DNA of 64,000 nt from an uncultured Thermoleophilia bacterium. GTDB lineage: Bacteria; Actinomycetota; Thermoleophilia; Gaiellales; Gaiellaceae. This document shows, one piece after another, positions 28,548 through 38,490 of the stretch. The stretch covers positions 1,863 through 65,862 of the forward strand of contig CAWHBH010000001.1 of the NCBI GenBank assembly GCA_963827525.1, written 5' to 3'. Every line of letters starts with the position of its first letter. Within the stretch, counting starts at the first letter, position 1. The position numbers and the translations under genes were made by a program. Below the pieces are notes generated by a model. It searched no databases, was not told the DNA's origin, and saw only the letters and a list, made by a program, of their open reading frames with translations.

Positions 28548-29401
28548 GCGACCACCTTCTCGTAGACGTCGAAACAATCCGAGACGCGCATTCCCACGGA
28601 CTCGTACAGCTTGTTCGCTCCGGTGAGGCTCTCGGCATCGACCCCCAGTCTCGCCCGCGTCATTCCGTGACGTCGGAACTCCGAGAAAGCATTGAGAAGG
28701 AGTGCGCGACCGAGACCACGCCCACGCGACGACCTGCGAACTCCGAGAATCCGCACCCAACCGAGGTCCTTCTGTACGGCGTGCGGATGACACATCGCGA
28801 AGCCGGCGGCCTCACCTTCCGAAGAGGCGAGAACCCACAGCTCGGGAGCGAACGCTGGAGATACGAGAAACTGATGAGCCCACTCGTCGTACGTCTCCTC
28901 GATGGGTTCCCAGGAGTCCTTGAACGTCTCCTGGTGCAACTCGTAGAAGGCGCGCTCGTCACCGACTTCGAACGTGCGTGCGTTGATCCCCGCCGGCCAT
29001 ATCGGCTCTGGGGTGGGCTCGGCGAGATCGATCGACATGCGATGGGAGTTGCGGACCAGGCGAAACCCACGCCGCGCGAGCTCCTCGAGGAGTGCCTCCT
29101 GCGTCTTCCAGCCTCCAGACAACAGGCGGTGGCCCTTTTCCCGCGCACGGCCCTCAGCCCAGTCGAGAAGCGTCGCACTTGGGCGTCCGGCAAGCCCGAT
29201 CCAGACTCGGCCGTCGCCAAAACCGTCTACGAATGCGTACGCATCTCCGTCGAGCCGTGCGTCGTGCTCGAGTTGAACGCCCGGGAAGGTCCATTCGCGC
29301 AGGACACTCGCCTCGTCGACCGGCTCGGGCCAGCTCTCGCTCGTCAGTCGCGCCACCGTCCCCGCGTCCTCCTCGCGCGGCGGGCGAAGAGAGTCGCTCA
29401 C
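28544..29401 (-). CDS. tandem-GNAT N-acetyltransferase (MshD-like architecture)
   Basis: 285 aa with two acetyltransferase halves. C-terminal half has RILGVRRSSRGRGLGRALL (acetyl-CoA P-loop-like Q/RxxGxG/A). GTGA overlap with the upstream HAD gene. Confidence 0.65.
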   Translation of the reverse strand: MSDSLRPPREEDAGTVARLTSESWPEPVDEASVLREWTFPGVQLEHDARLDGDAYAFVDGFGDGRVWIGLAGRPSATLLDWAEGRAREKGHRLLSGGWKTQEALLEELARRGFRLVRNSHRMSIDLAEPTPEPIWPAGINARTFEVGDERAFYELHQETFKDSWEPIEETYDEWAHQFLVSPAFAPELWVLASSEGEAAGFAMCHPHAVQKDLGWVRILGVRRSSRGRGLGRALLLNAFSEFRRHGMTRARLGVDAESLTGANKLYESVGMRVSDCFDVYEKVVA

Positions 29402-30063
29402 GTCGGCGACACGAGCTCGTCGAGAGCAGAGGCCAACTCGGCGACGTCGCTCAACGTTTTCGTGGGCCGGGGGTCCTCCGGCTCACCGAGCCGATTGATC
29501 CAGATCGAGGGAATCCCGAGCTCTGCCGCTGGAGCGATGTCATGGAAGAGGCTCTGTGCGACGTGGACGTGCGCCGCGGAGTCGGCGCCAGTCTGCTCGT
29601 AGAACACCTCCCAGTGACGATGCGCAGGCTTGTACGAGCCGATCTCGCCGGCGACGACGATCGCGTCGAACGGCACGTCGATCGTCTCCAGCGAGGCGTC
29701 GATGAGATCTCGGTCCGTATTGGAGAGGATCCCAAGCTTCCAGCCGCGGCTCCTGGCCTCCGTGAGGCCTGGGTGGACGTCGTCGAAGACGGGCCAGGAC
29801 GGAAGGGAACGCGCCAGCGCGCTCGCCTCCCCTTCGGGAAGCGTGAGCCCGGTCTCTGCCGCGAGACGCTCGAGCGCGATCGTCAGGACCTCGCGATACG
29901 AAACGCCGGGTTTGGAAGCCTGGATCTGCGGCTCGAGCTCGTGGTAGCGCATGAGGAGCTCGTCGGCACGCCGGACGCCGAAGAGGTCTTCGAACTCGGC
30001 ACGAATGCCGCCGTTCCAGTCCACGAGCGTGCCGTAGCAGTCGAAAGTCGCCCACCGCTCCAC
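29398..30063 (-). CDS. HAD-superfamily hydrolase (haloacid dehalogenase type II-like)
   Basis: N-terminal nucleophile motif FDCYGTLVDW, SNTDRD (motif II region), VAGEIGSYKP (Lys motif). Confidence 0.7.
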   Translation of the reverse strand: MERWATFDCYGTLVDWNGGIRAEFEDLFGVRRADELLMRYHELEPQIQASKPGVSYREVLTIALERLAAETGLTLPEGEASALARSLPSWPVFDDVHPGLTEARSRGWKLGILSNTDRDLIDASLETIDVPFDAIVVAGEIGSYKPAHRHWEVFYEQTGADSAAHVHVAQSLFHDIAPAAELGIPSIWINRLGEPEDPRPTKTLSDVAELASALDELVSPT

Positions 30064-30086
30064 GCCGCAAGCCTAGATGCTCGGTA

Positions 30087-30570
30087 ATGCGCACGATGCG
30101 CATTCGAGAGCTGAGAGCGGAGGACTGGCCCGCTGTCGAAGCGATCTACGCGGAAGGGATCGCGACGCGGAACGCGACCTTCGAGACCGAGACGCCGACC
30201 TGGGCCGAGTTCGACGCCGGCAGGCTGCGTGACCATCGGCTCGTCGCGATCGACGGCGATCGCATCGTCGGCTGGGCTGCGTTCTCCCCTACCTCGAGTC
30301 GAGCCTGCTACGCCGGAGTCGTCGAGCACTCCGTGTACGTCGCCTCGGAGTACCGTGGACGAGGCATCGGTAGGACGCTGCTCGAGGCGCTCGTCCACAG
30401 CGCCGACATCGGGCGGGATCTGGACGATCCAGACGAGCGTGTTCCCCGAGAACGAGGCGAGCCTCGCGCTCCACGAACGCGTCGGGTTCCGGGTAGTCGG
30501 ACGCCGTGAGCGCATCGCGCAGCTCGATGACGTCTGGCGCGACACGATCCTGCTCGAGCGCCGCGTCTGA
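30087..30570 (+). CDS. GNAT acetyltransferase (phosphinothricin/MSO N-acetyltransferase-like); one +1 frame disruption near 30414
   Basis: ORF 30087..30509 reads ..YVASEYRGRGIGRTLLEALVHSADIG then turns R/P-rich. ORF 30229..30570 carries the expected continuation GIWTIQTSVFPENEASLALHERVGFRVVG. Confidence 0.7.
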
Positions 30571-30582
30571 GCCGACCAGCTG

Positions 30583-31851
30583 CTAGGCGCTCTCGTCCCA
30601 GCGGCGGAACACGACACAGGCGTTGTGACCGCCGAAGCCGAACGAGTTGGACACGCCGATTTCGATCTCCTCGCTTCGCGCATCGTTCGGGATGTAGTCG
30701 AGGTCGCAGGTCGGATCCGGCACCTCGTAATTGATCGTCGGCGGGAGCACCCCACGCTGCACCGCGAAGATGGTGAAGATCGCCTCGACCGCGCCCGCAG
30801 CCCCCAGGCAATGCCCGGTCGCTCCCTTGGTCGACGAGACCGGGGTGCGAAAGGCCTTCTCTTCGCCGAGCGCCAACTTGAGAACGCGCGTCTCGGCCGA
30901 GTCCCCGAGTGGCGTCGACGTGCCGTGCGCGTTCACGTAGCCAACCTGGTCGGGCGTGATTCTCGCGTCGGCGAACGCCATCTGCATCGCGCGAGCGGGA
31001 TTCGTACCGCTCGGATCCGGCTCGGTTACATGAGTCGCATCCGATGACACGCCGTAGCCGAGCAGCTCGGCGTAGATCTTGGCGCCGCGCGCTCGCGCGT
31101 GCTCGAGCTCCTCGAGCACCACCACGGCGCCCGCCTCTCCCATGACGAAGCCGTCCCGGTGCGCATCGAACGGGCGGGAGCCGCGTTCCGGATCGTCGTT
31201 GCGCTGTGAGAGAGCGCGCATTGCGCTGAACCCCGCGATGCCGACTCGTGTGACGGGCGCCTCCGTGCCGCCGCAGAGCATGACTTCCGCGCGACCGAGG
31301 CGGATCGCGTCGAGCCCGTCGCCGATCGCCATGTTCGAGGCCGCACACGCGGTGACTTGGGCCGTAAGTGGGCCCCGCGCCCCCAGCTCCATCGACACCC
31401 AGGCGGCGGCCATGTTGGGGATGATCTGGATGATCGAGAGAGGGCTCGTCCGATCGGGTCCCCGTTCGATCAAGTTCCGGACGCAGTCCTCGAACGCCGT
31501 GAGCCCTCCGATCCCGGTTGCGATCGCAGCGCCGACACGGTCTGGCTCGTCGGCGATCGAGATCCCGCTGTCGGCCTCGGCCATGCGTGCCGCGGAGAGC
31601 GCGAACTGGGAGAAGTGGTCCATCCTCCGCGCCTGCTTTCGGTCGATCCAGGTCGTGGGGTCGTAGTCCTTCAGCTCACAGGCGAAACGCACGGCGTATT
31701 CACTCGTGTCGAACCGCGTGATCGGACCTGCGCCGGATTTCCCCGCGATGAGGTTCTGCCACGTCGACTCGGCATCGTTGCCGAGCGGCGTCACCATTCC
31801 CACCCCGGTGACGACGACCCGGCGCCGACCGTTTTGCGAGGTCTCCGCCAT
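30583..31851 (-). CDS. fabF: 3-oxoacyl-ACP synthase II
   Basis: RVVVTGVGMVTPLG; active-site Cys context VTACAASN; HGTSTPLGD and FGFGGHN motifs. Confidence 0.9.
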   Translation of the reverse strand: MAETSQNGRRRVVVTGVGMVTPLGNDAESTWQNLIAGKSGAGPITRFDTSEYAVRFACELKDYDPTTWIDRKQARRMDHFSQFALSAARMAEADSGISIADEPDRVGAAIATGIGGLTAFEDCVRNLIERGPDRTSPLSIIQIIPNMAAAWVSMELGARGPLTAQVTACAASNMAIGDGLDAIRLGRAEVMLCGGTEAPVTRVGIAGFSAMRALSQRNDDPERGSRPFDAHRDGFVMGEAGAVVVLEELEHARARGAKIYAELLGYGVSSDATHVTEPDPSGTNPARAMQMAFADARITPDQVGYVNAHGTSTPLGDSAETRVLKLALGEEKAFRTPVSSTKGATGHCLGAAGAVEAIFTIFAVQRGVLPPTINYEVPDPTCDLDYIPNDARSEEIEIGVSNSFGFGGHNACVVFRRWDESA

Positions 31852-31854
31852 CCG

Positions 31855-32589
31855 TTACATCCCGAGCCCGCCGTCCACCAGGAGCACTGCGCCCGTGATG
31901 AACGACGCTTCCTCGGAGCACAGGAACCGTACCGCGCCGGCTACGTCCTCCGGATCGCCCAGACGCCCAAGTGGCGTCGACTGCAGCATCGTGTCGGTTG
32001 CCCCCTCGGGGAGGACGTCGGTCAGCTGAGTCTTGACGTAGCCGGGTACCACCACGTTCGCGCGGACGTTCCGGCTTCCCAGCTCGCGCGCCAGCGCCTT
32101 GGTAAAGCCGATGATCCCGGCCTTCGACGCCGCGTAATTCGTCTGCCCCCAATTTCCATGGATGCCGACGATCGACGAGATGTTCACGACCGCGCCCGAA
32201 CGCTTCTTCATCATCCCGCGGGCCGCGGTGCGACAGGTGTAGAAGCACGACGCGAGGTTCGTGTCGATGACGGTGTTCCAGTCCTCGTCCGACATGCGGA
32301 CGAGCAGGCCGTCACGGGTCACACCGGCGTTGTTCACGAGGATGTCGAGATCCCCCGCAGCCTCGACGAGCGCACGAGCCGACTCCGGATCGGAGACATC
32401 GGCCTGAACGGCGCGGCCTCCGATCTCACGCGCCAGCTCCGCCGCTTCGTCGGCTCCGGTTCGATACGAGAGCACGACCGAGGCGCCGGCGGCGGCGAGG
32501 TCCGTGGCGATCGCGCGGCCGATCCCGCGCGAGGCCCCCGTCACGAGCGCGTTCTTGCCGTCGAGTGAGCAGAACGCGGGTTGGCTCAC
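31855..32589 (-). CDS. fabG: 3-oxoacyl-ACP reductase
   Basis: GTG 32589 overlaps the fabD stop (GTGA). ALVTGASRGIGRAIA, NNAG, YAASKAG (SDR). Confidence 0.9.
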   Translation of the reverse strand: MSQPAFCSLDGKNALVTGASRGIGRAIATDLAAAGASVVLSYRTGADEAAELAREIGGRAVQADVSDPESARALVEAAGDLDILVNNAGVTRDGLLVRMSDEDWNTVIDTNLASCFYTCRTAARGMMKKRSGAVVNISSIVGIHGNWGQTNYAASKAGIIGFTKALARELGSRNVRANVVVPGYVKTQLTDVLPEGATDTMLQSTPLGRLGDPEDVAGAVRFLCSEEASFITGAVLLVDGGLGM

Positions 32590-33509
32590 CGCGCGAGCGC
32601 TTCCTGCGCGCGCTCCAGGCTGTCGAGCGTGTTCACCGACATCGTCTTCACGCTTCGGTCGATCCGCTTCACGAGACCCGAGAGAACGTTGCCCGGACCG
32701 ACCTCGACGAATGTCGTAGCCCCGCTGCGGACGAGCTCGGTCGCAGCCTGCGTGAAGCGCACCGGCCCGGTCAGTTGATCGACGAGCAGCGCGGCGATCC
32801 TCTGAGCGGGCTCGACCTTCGCGGTCACGGTCGACATGAACGGCGCGAGTGGCTCCGTGAAGCGCACCCGGTCGAGAGCGGGCCGTAGGCGGTCGGCTGC
32901 CCGCGCGACGAGAGGACTGTGGAACGCGCCCGAGACCTTGAGGCGCACGGCTCGTCGGGCGCCGAGGCTTTCCGCCTCGGCGCAACACTCCTCCACGGCC
33001 TCGTGCTCGCCGGAGATGACGATCTGCCCGGGGCAGTTGTAGTTCGCCGGCCAGACCCCCACGATCCTCCGACACAACTTCTCGACCTCCTCGTCGGCGA
33101 GGCCGAGAATCGCGGCCATCGCACCTGGACGCTGGCGCGCGGCTTCCGCCATCGCAAGGCCCCGCTCACGCACGAGCCCTATGGCTGCTCCGGTCCCGAG
33201 CGATCCTGCCGCGGCGAGCGCGGCGAACTCGCCGACCGAATGACCGACGACGACATCCGGCTCGAGTCCGCGCTCCCGCATGGCCGCGAGAATCGCCAGG
33301 CTGGTTGCGACGAGCGCGGGCTGCTGCACTTCCGTCTCGACCATCTGCTCGAGCGGCGTCTCGAAGCAGAGCTTCTCGAGATCCAGGCCGGACGCCTCCG
33401 ATCCGATGCGGTACACCTCCCGGGCGACGGGGAACGCTTCCGCGATCTCCCTGCCCATTCCCATCTCGAGCGACCCCTGACCGGGGAAACAAAACGCAAC
33501 CTTGCTCAT
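32586..33509 (-). CDS. fabD: malonyl-CoA:ACP transacylase
   Basis: ATG 33509 overlaps the fabH stop (ATGA). FCFPGQGS, GHSVGEFAA (nucleophile Ser), SGAFHSPL. Confidence 0.9.
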   Translation of the reverse strand: MSKVAFCFPGQGSLEMGMGREIAEAFPVAREVYRIGSEASGLDLEKLCFETPLEQMVETEVQQPALVATSLAILAAMRERGLEPDVVVGHSVGEFAALAAAGSLGTGAAIGLVRERGLAMAEAARQRPGAMAAILGLADEEVEKLCRRIVGVWPANYNCPGQIVISGEHEAVEECCAEAESLGARRAVRLKVSGAFHSPLVARAADRLRPALDRVRFTEPLAPFMSTVTAKVEPAQRIAALLVDQLTGPVRFTQAATELVRSGATTFVEVGPGNVLSGLVKRIDRSVKTMSVNTLDSLERAQEALAR

Positions 33510-34501
33510 GAGGGCCTCCCGTTCGTCCATTCGATAAGAGCTGAGCCCCAGGTGAGACCTGCGCCCATTCCGGTCATCAGGACCAGCGCGCCGTCGCGCA
33601 GCCGACCGTCTGCCCGCGCGTCTGCGAGCGCGAGCGGGATCGAGCCTGAAGAAGTGTTGCCATAGCGGTCGACATTCACGACTGTCTTCTCCGAAGGAAT
33701 CCCGAGCTTAGCGACCGCGTAGTCGATAATCCGCTTGTTTGCCTGGTGAGGGATGTACACGTCGATGTCGTCCACGGTCTTGCCGCACTCGGGCAACAGC
33801 TGCTGCGCGGAGTAGACCATGATTCGGGTCGCAAACTTGAACACCTCGCGGCCGTTCATCTTTAGCAACGCCTCCGGGTTCTCGAATGTCCTCGAGCCTG
33901 ACCCCGGATACCAGAGATTCTCTCCGCCCCCACCGTCCGCGCCAAGCTCGAACCCGAGGAAGCCGCCCCGGTCGACAGGCTCCATGACGACAGCTCCGGC
34001 GCCGTCGCCGAACAGCACGAGGGTCGAGCGATCCTCCCAGTCCAGGATCTTGGAAAGCACGTCGCCTCCGACGACGAGCGCGTGGCGCGAGAGCCCGGAT
34101 GCCAGCATCGCGTACGCCTGCGCGATTGCATAGACGAAGCCCGTACACCCCGCGAGGAGGTCGTAGGCCGCGGCTTTCGGCATCCCCAGCTCGTCGGCGA
34201 GCAGTGCCGAAGAGGTGGGGAACATCATGTCCGGGGTCACGGTCGCGCAGATCAGGAGATCGATATCGGCCGCATCGACTGCGGCATCTGCCAGCGCTGC
34301 TTTGGCGGCAGGCAACGCGATATCGGTCAGAGCCTCGTCCTCGGCTGCGATGCGACGCTCGCGGATCCCCGTCCGCTCGAAGATCCACTCGTCCGAGGTC
34401 TCGACGATCTGTGCAAGCTCGTCGTTCGTCATGACCCGCTCGGGCACGTGAGTGCCGAGCCCTGTGATCCCGATCCGAGTGCCTACGGCCGGCCCGAGCA
34501 C
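33506..34501 (-). CDS. fabH: 3-oxoacyl-ACP synthase III
   Basis: GTG 34501 lies directly after the fabZ stop. TSDEWIFERTGIRERR, AGCTGFVYA (Cys), IPHQANKRI, YGNTSSGSIP. The upstream part of track ORF 33506..34801 is R-rich. Confidence 0.9.
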   Translation of the reverse strand: MLGPAVGTRIGITGLGTHVPERVMTNDELAQIVETSDEWIFERTGIRERRIAAEDEALTDIALPAAKAALADAAVDAADIDLLICATVTPDMMFPTSSALLADELGMPKAAAYDLLAGCTGFVYAIAQAYAMLASGLSRHALVVGGDVLSKILDWEDRSTLVLFGDGAGAVVMEPVDRGGFLGFELGADGGGGENLWYPGSGSRTFENPEALLKMNGREVFKFATRIMVYSAQQLLPECGKTVDDIDVYIPHQANKRIIDYAVAKLGIPSEKTVVNVDRYGNTSSGSIPLALADARADGRLRDGALVLMTGMGAGLTWGSALIEWTNGRPS

Positions 34502-34503
34502 GG

Positions 34504-34953
34504 CTACCGCTCGACGGCGAAGGTCAGGGTGCCGCGGGCGGCGAGCTCGCTGCCGACGTGGGCGGTCGCCTTGCCGCGCCCGATCGGCCCGCGGACGGTG
34601 TCGATCTCGCAGACCAGCGTCAGGATGTCTCCTGGCTCGACGATCCTCTTGAAACGGCAGTCGTCGATGCCCGCGAAGAACGCGATTTTCCCCCGGTTCT
34701 CCTCCTGTACGAGCACAGCAACGGCACCTGTTTGCGCCATCGCTTCGACGATCAACACACCCGGCATCACAGGCCGGCTCGGAAAGTGCCCTGGAAACCA
34801 CCAGTCGTCCGCACGCACGTCTCGCCGCGCAACGACCCTGTGCCCGGGCTCGAGCTCCGTCACCTCATCGATGAGCAGAAACGGCTCGCGGTGGGGCAAA
34901 ATCGACTCGATCACATCGCGACCGAACGGAACCGGGGGAAACGGCGCCTGCAC
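34504..34953 (-). CDS. fabZ: 3-hydroxyacyl-ACP dehydratase
   Basis: LPHREPFLLIDEV, FPGHFPSRPVMPGVLIVEAMAQ hot-dog fold motifs. Confidence 0.85.
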   Translation of the reverse strand: MQAPFPPVPFGRDVIESILPHREPFLLIDEVTELEPGHRVVARRDVRADDWWFPGHFPSRPVMPGVLIVEAMAQTGAVAVLVQEENRGKIAFFAGIDDCRFKRIVEPGDILTLVCEIDTVRGPIGRGKATAHVGSELAARGTLTFAVER

Positions 34954-34986
34954 GGCGGGAGTCTACTGGCCTGATCCCAGGCGACC

Positions 34987-37097
34987 CTATGGCGCAACGC
35001 GAACGACGGGGCTGCTCGAGTTCCCGGCCGCATCCCAGGCGACGACGCGGACGCTCGCGGCAGCGCCGTTCCACGGTATTCGAACGACCCCGGCCCGCTT
35101 CACCTCACGACGAAGCGCCCGGCCGTCGATACGGAGGGTGAGCACTGAGGGCTCGCTCACCTCGATGCGCAACTTCTCGCCCGGGAGGATGCGCACGCGC
35201 GGAGGCACGGTGTCGGAGCTGAACGAGACGCCATACGAGATGGACGACACTCCGTCCTCGGCCTCGACGATCGCCTCGTAGGCTCCGTCTCGGAGAGGAC
35301 CTGCGGCTCGGACACCGTCCCACACGAAGCGTTGGTTGCCGGGAAGAAAACTTGCCGTGAGCGGGCTGGCAACCCAGCGGCCGTCACGCTCGATCCTGAT
35401 CCGGACATCTGCAGGCGCCGTAAGCGCGAAGGTCATCGCGAGCACGTCCTTCCTACCGTCTCCGTTCGGAGAGAACGCTACGGGGCTCGCCGTCACCACC
35501 CCGAGCGTCCTGCTCACGTTGAGCGGAACGATGCTCTGTACCTCCGCGCCTGAAGCGGTGCGAGCGGTGATCACGACTCCGTAGCGGCCATCGGGTAGAA
35601 CGGCGCCGTCGATCGTCAACGTGTGCTGTCCCGCCCGCGTCCAGACGCGGTCGACGGGCGTGGAGATCACGCCTCCGATCGAGTCGACGACCTCGACGGT
35701 GACATTCGCCGACGCGTTCAAGCGGTACGTGAGAAGCGTTGTGTCGGCCTGCTCGTCCCCGTTCGGGCTGATTGCCTCGGGATCGGCCGAGGCGGCCTCG
35801 ATCGCAAGTGGCGGAGTGGCACCTCCGGCGCGCAGGGCGCCGGTTGCCGAGCGAGCGCCCGCGGTGCCGATCGACCACGTGAAGCTTCCCGCGGCAACAC
35901 CGGCGGAGTCCCAGGTCCAGTCGACGTCCGGTCCGGTACCGGCGCCGCGCGCCACTTCGACGCGCGCAGTGTTCGTGACTGAAACTGTCCACGGCTCGCG
36001 GCGATGAAAGCCTGGCACGAAAACGGATCGCGGTACCGCTGAGGGTCGACGCGCGGCTCGAAGATCTTGGGTAGCCCCACCGACCTTGCCGACGCAGCGA
36101 GCGATCCGAGCCTGCCGTACAGCGCAGCTCCTGGGCACTCCGTGAACCCGGTGTCGCGATGGCCTGACACAGCGTTCAGGACAACCGGGATCCCGCTCGC
36201 ATAGCGCTCGCTCCCGCCGGAGATGTACGTCAGGAAGCTCGTCGGGTCGACGTGCGCAAGGTCGAGGCGCCAGGCTAGAAGGCGGGCGATCGCATCTTGT
36301 GCGGCCTTCGACGGTTGGGCGTCTCCATACGTGCCGAGCAGCGCCACACCCACCGAGCCCGTGTTGAACCCTCGCGCGTGGGCTCCGACCACGTTGCGGT
36401 CGGTCCCGCCGAACCGGCCCTCGTACACGGTTCCGAATCGGTCGACGAGAAAGTTGTAGCCGATGTCGTTCCAGCCGTTTCCCTGCACGTGGAACAGCTG
36501 GATGCCCTTGACGATCGCTGCTGCCTCGGCCCGCGAGTAGTCGTTGCTTCCGGCGGTGTGGTGCACGATCGCGAACCGAACTTCGGCCGCGTAGGTCGGA
36601 GGTCCGCGGCGAATCGACTCATCCGCTCCCCACGAAAGTCGCGGAACGACGGGAGGCGCGTCGGTGCTGGCCGGAAGTCGGTACGGCACCCGCGACTCGG
36701 GGCTCCAAACGAGATGCGCGCGAATTCGCGACACGCGGCCGATTGCCCTAGCCTCGATCGCGACCGCCGGTCCAACCCACCAGGGATTCCCTTTCCTCCA
36801 AGCGACAGCCAGGCTCTCGCGGGACCCGGAGTCCGGTCCATCTTCGTCCTCCGGCGCCCCGGGCCGCCACTTGCTCCATCGCCCCGTCGTCGCACGGGTG
36901 CGAAAGACGACGCGGCCCGGACCACGCCACTGCACGCCGGCAAGCGTGAACGGCGCAGTCGAGCTCGGTGCAAAGGTGTGCGACTCAGTCGCGTGTAGCT
37001 CGACCGTCGTCACCTGCCCGTTCGTCACTGCGAGCGCGTCGGGGGCTAGGCTCGGTGCGACGAGAAGAGCGGCAATGAGGAAGAGGCGGCGGCGCAT
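34987..37097 (-). CDS. secreted N-acetylmuramoyl-L-alanine amidase (PGRP/Amidase_2) with C-terminal FlgD-Ig-like repeats; -1 frame disruption near 36010-36040
   Basis: ATG 37097 with signal peptide MRRRLFLIAALLVAPSLA. IVHHTAGS..GWNDIGYNFLVDRFG..GAHARGFN..GHRD..CPG. The C-terminal half is in ORF 34987..36138 (ISPNGDEQAD.., FSPNGDGRKD..). Confidence 0.7.
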
Positions 37098-37170
37098 ACG
37101 AGCCAGGGTGGCCTTCCAGCTGTTCGCCCACAAGGGTGGGAAACCCTCCGTTGATAGAATCCTTACACCG

Positions 37171-38490
37171 GTGCGTAGCGGCTGTTTGCGGGGATTTCTT
37201 CTTCTCACGCTCATCCTTGTCGCACTCGCAGCGCCAGTTGGCGCCGGCGGGCAGGACAACGAGCGGCGTGTTCTCGCCGTCCATCTCGACAACGACATCA
37301 ACCCTGTCACGCAGGAGTACGTCGAGAACGCAGTCGACCGTGGCGAAGACGAGGACGTCGCAGCAGTCGTCCTCGTGCTCGACACGCCGGGCGGGCTCGC
37401 CTCGTCGATGCGTGGAATCGTAAAGCGGTTTCTGGCGTCCACGGTGCCGGTCATCGTCTACGTGGCTCCCCCGGGCTCGAGCGCGGACTCGGCAGGGGCG
37501 GTGATCGCGATGGCCGCGGACGTCGCGGCGATGGCGCCTCAAACCAACATCGGTTCTTCGACCCCGATCTCGCTCGGCGGCGAAGACATCTCGAAGGATC
37601 TGCGACGAAAGGTCATCAACGACGCGGCGGCCTACGTCGGGGAGCTCGCGCGCGAGCACGACCGCAACGTTCCGGCGGCCCGGAAGATGGTCACCGAGGC
37701 GGCCAACTACGGCGCACGCCAGGCCGAGGCGATCGGGCTCGTCGAGGTGATCGCTCCAACGCTTCCCGCGCTGCTGGAGGAGATCGACGGCATGAAGACC
37801 GTCCCGAAGGGCCTCGTGCTCGACACTGCCGGCGCGCAGATCGAGAACGTCGAGATGAGCTTCTGGCAGCGGGCTAGGGACTTCCTCGTCGATCCGAACC
37901 TGATCGCGCTGATGCTTTCGATCGGCCTCATCGGGATCGTCGTAGAGCTGTGGAATCCCGGGCTCGTGTTTCCGGGTACCGTCGGGGCGATCTCGCTCAT
38001 CCTGGGCCTCTACGGCCTCCAGGTGCTTCCCGTCTCGCTCGCCGGCCTGCTGCTCATGATCCTCGCAGCGGCTTTCTTCGTCGCGGAGGCATTTGTGCCA
38101 ACACACGGAGCGCTAACCGTCGCCGGAGCGGTCCTGTTCGTCCTCGGAGCGCTGATGCTCTTCGACCCGGCCGGTGACGCCTACCAGGTATCGCTCCCTG
38201 TTGCGATCGGCATCGCGGGCAGCCTTGCCTTGCTTCTCGGAATCGCCCTCACTCGGGTGGTACGCGTGGCGCGGAGACCCGCAGCGGTCGGTGTCCAGGG
38301 CATGGTGGGTCACGACGGTGTCGTCAGACGCGACGGCATGGTGCAGATCAACGGTGAGCTCTGGCGAGCGCGGACGACCGACGACACGCCTCTCGTGGCC
38401 GGCGAGCACGTTCGGGTCGAGCAGGTAGAGGACGACCTGCGTCTCGTCGTAGGATCCCCGGGACCCCCGAACGAGGAGGAAGCGCGCTAA
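37171..38490 (+). CDS. NfeD-family membrane-bound ClpP-class serine protease
   Basis: GTG 37171 then a signal/TM segment. [18 protein letters not shown] (Ser), four TM segments, C-terminal OB-like NfeD domain ([10 protein letters not shown]). Confidence 0.8.
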   Translation: MRSGCLRGFLLLTLILVALAAPVGAGGQDNERRVLAVHLDNDINPVTQEYVENAVDRGEDEDVAAVVLVLDTPGGLASSMRGIVKRFLASTVPVIVYVAPPGSSADSAGAVIAMAADVAAMAPQTNIGSSTPISLGGEDISKDLRRKVINDAAAYVGELAREHDRNVPAARKMVTEAANYGARQAEAIGLVEVIAPTLPALLEEIDGMKTVPKGLVLDTAGAQIENVEMSFWQRARDFLVDPNLIALMLSIGLIGIVVELWNPGLVFPGTVGAISLILGLYGLQVLPVSLAGLLLMILAAAFFVAEAFVPTHGALTVAGAVLFVLGALMLFDPAGDAYQVSLPVAIGIAGSLALLLGIALTRVVRVARRPAAVGVQGMVGHDGVVRRDGMVQINGELWRARTTDDTPLVAGEHVRVEQVEDDLRLVVGSPGPPNEEEAR

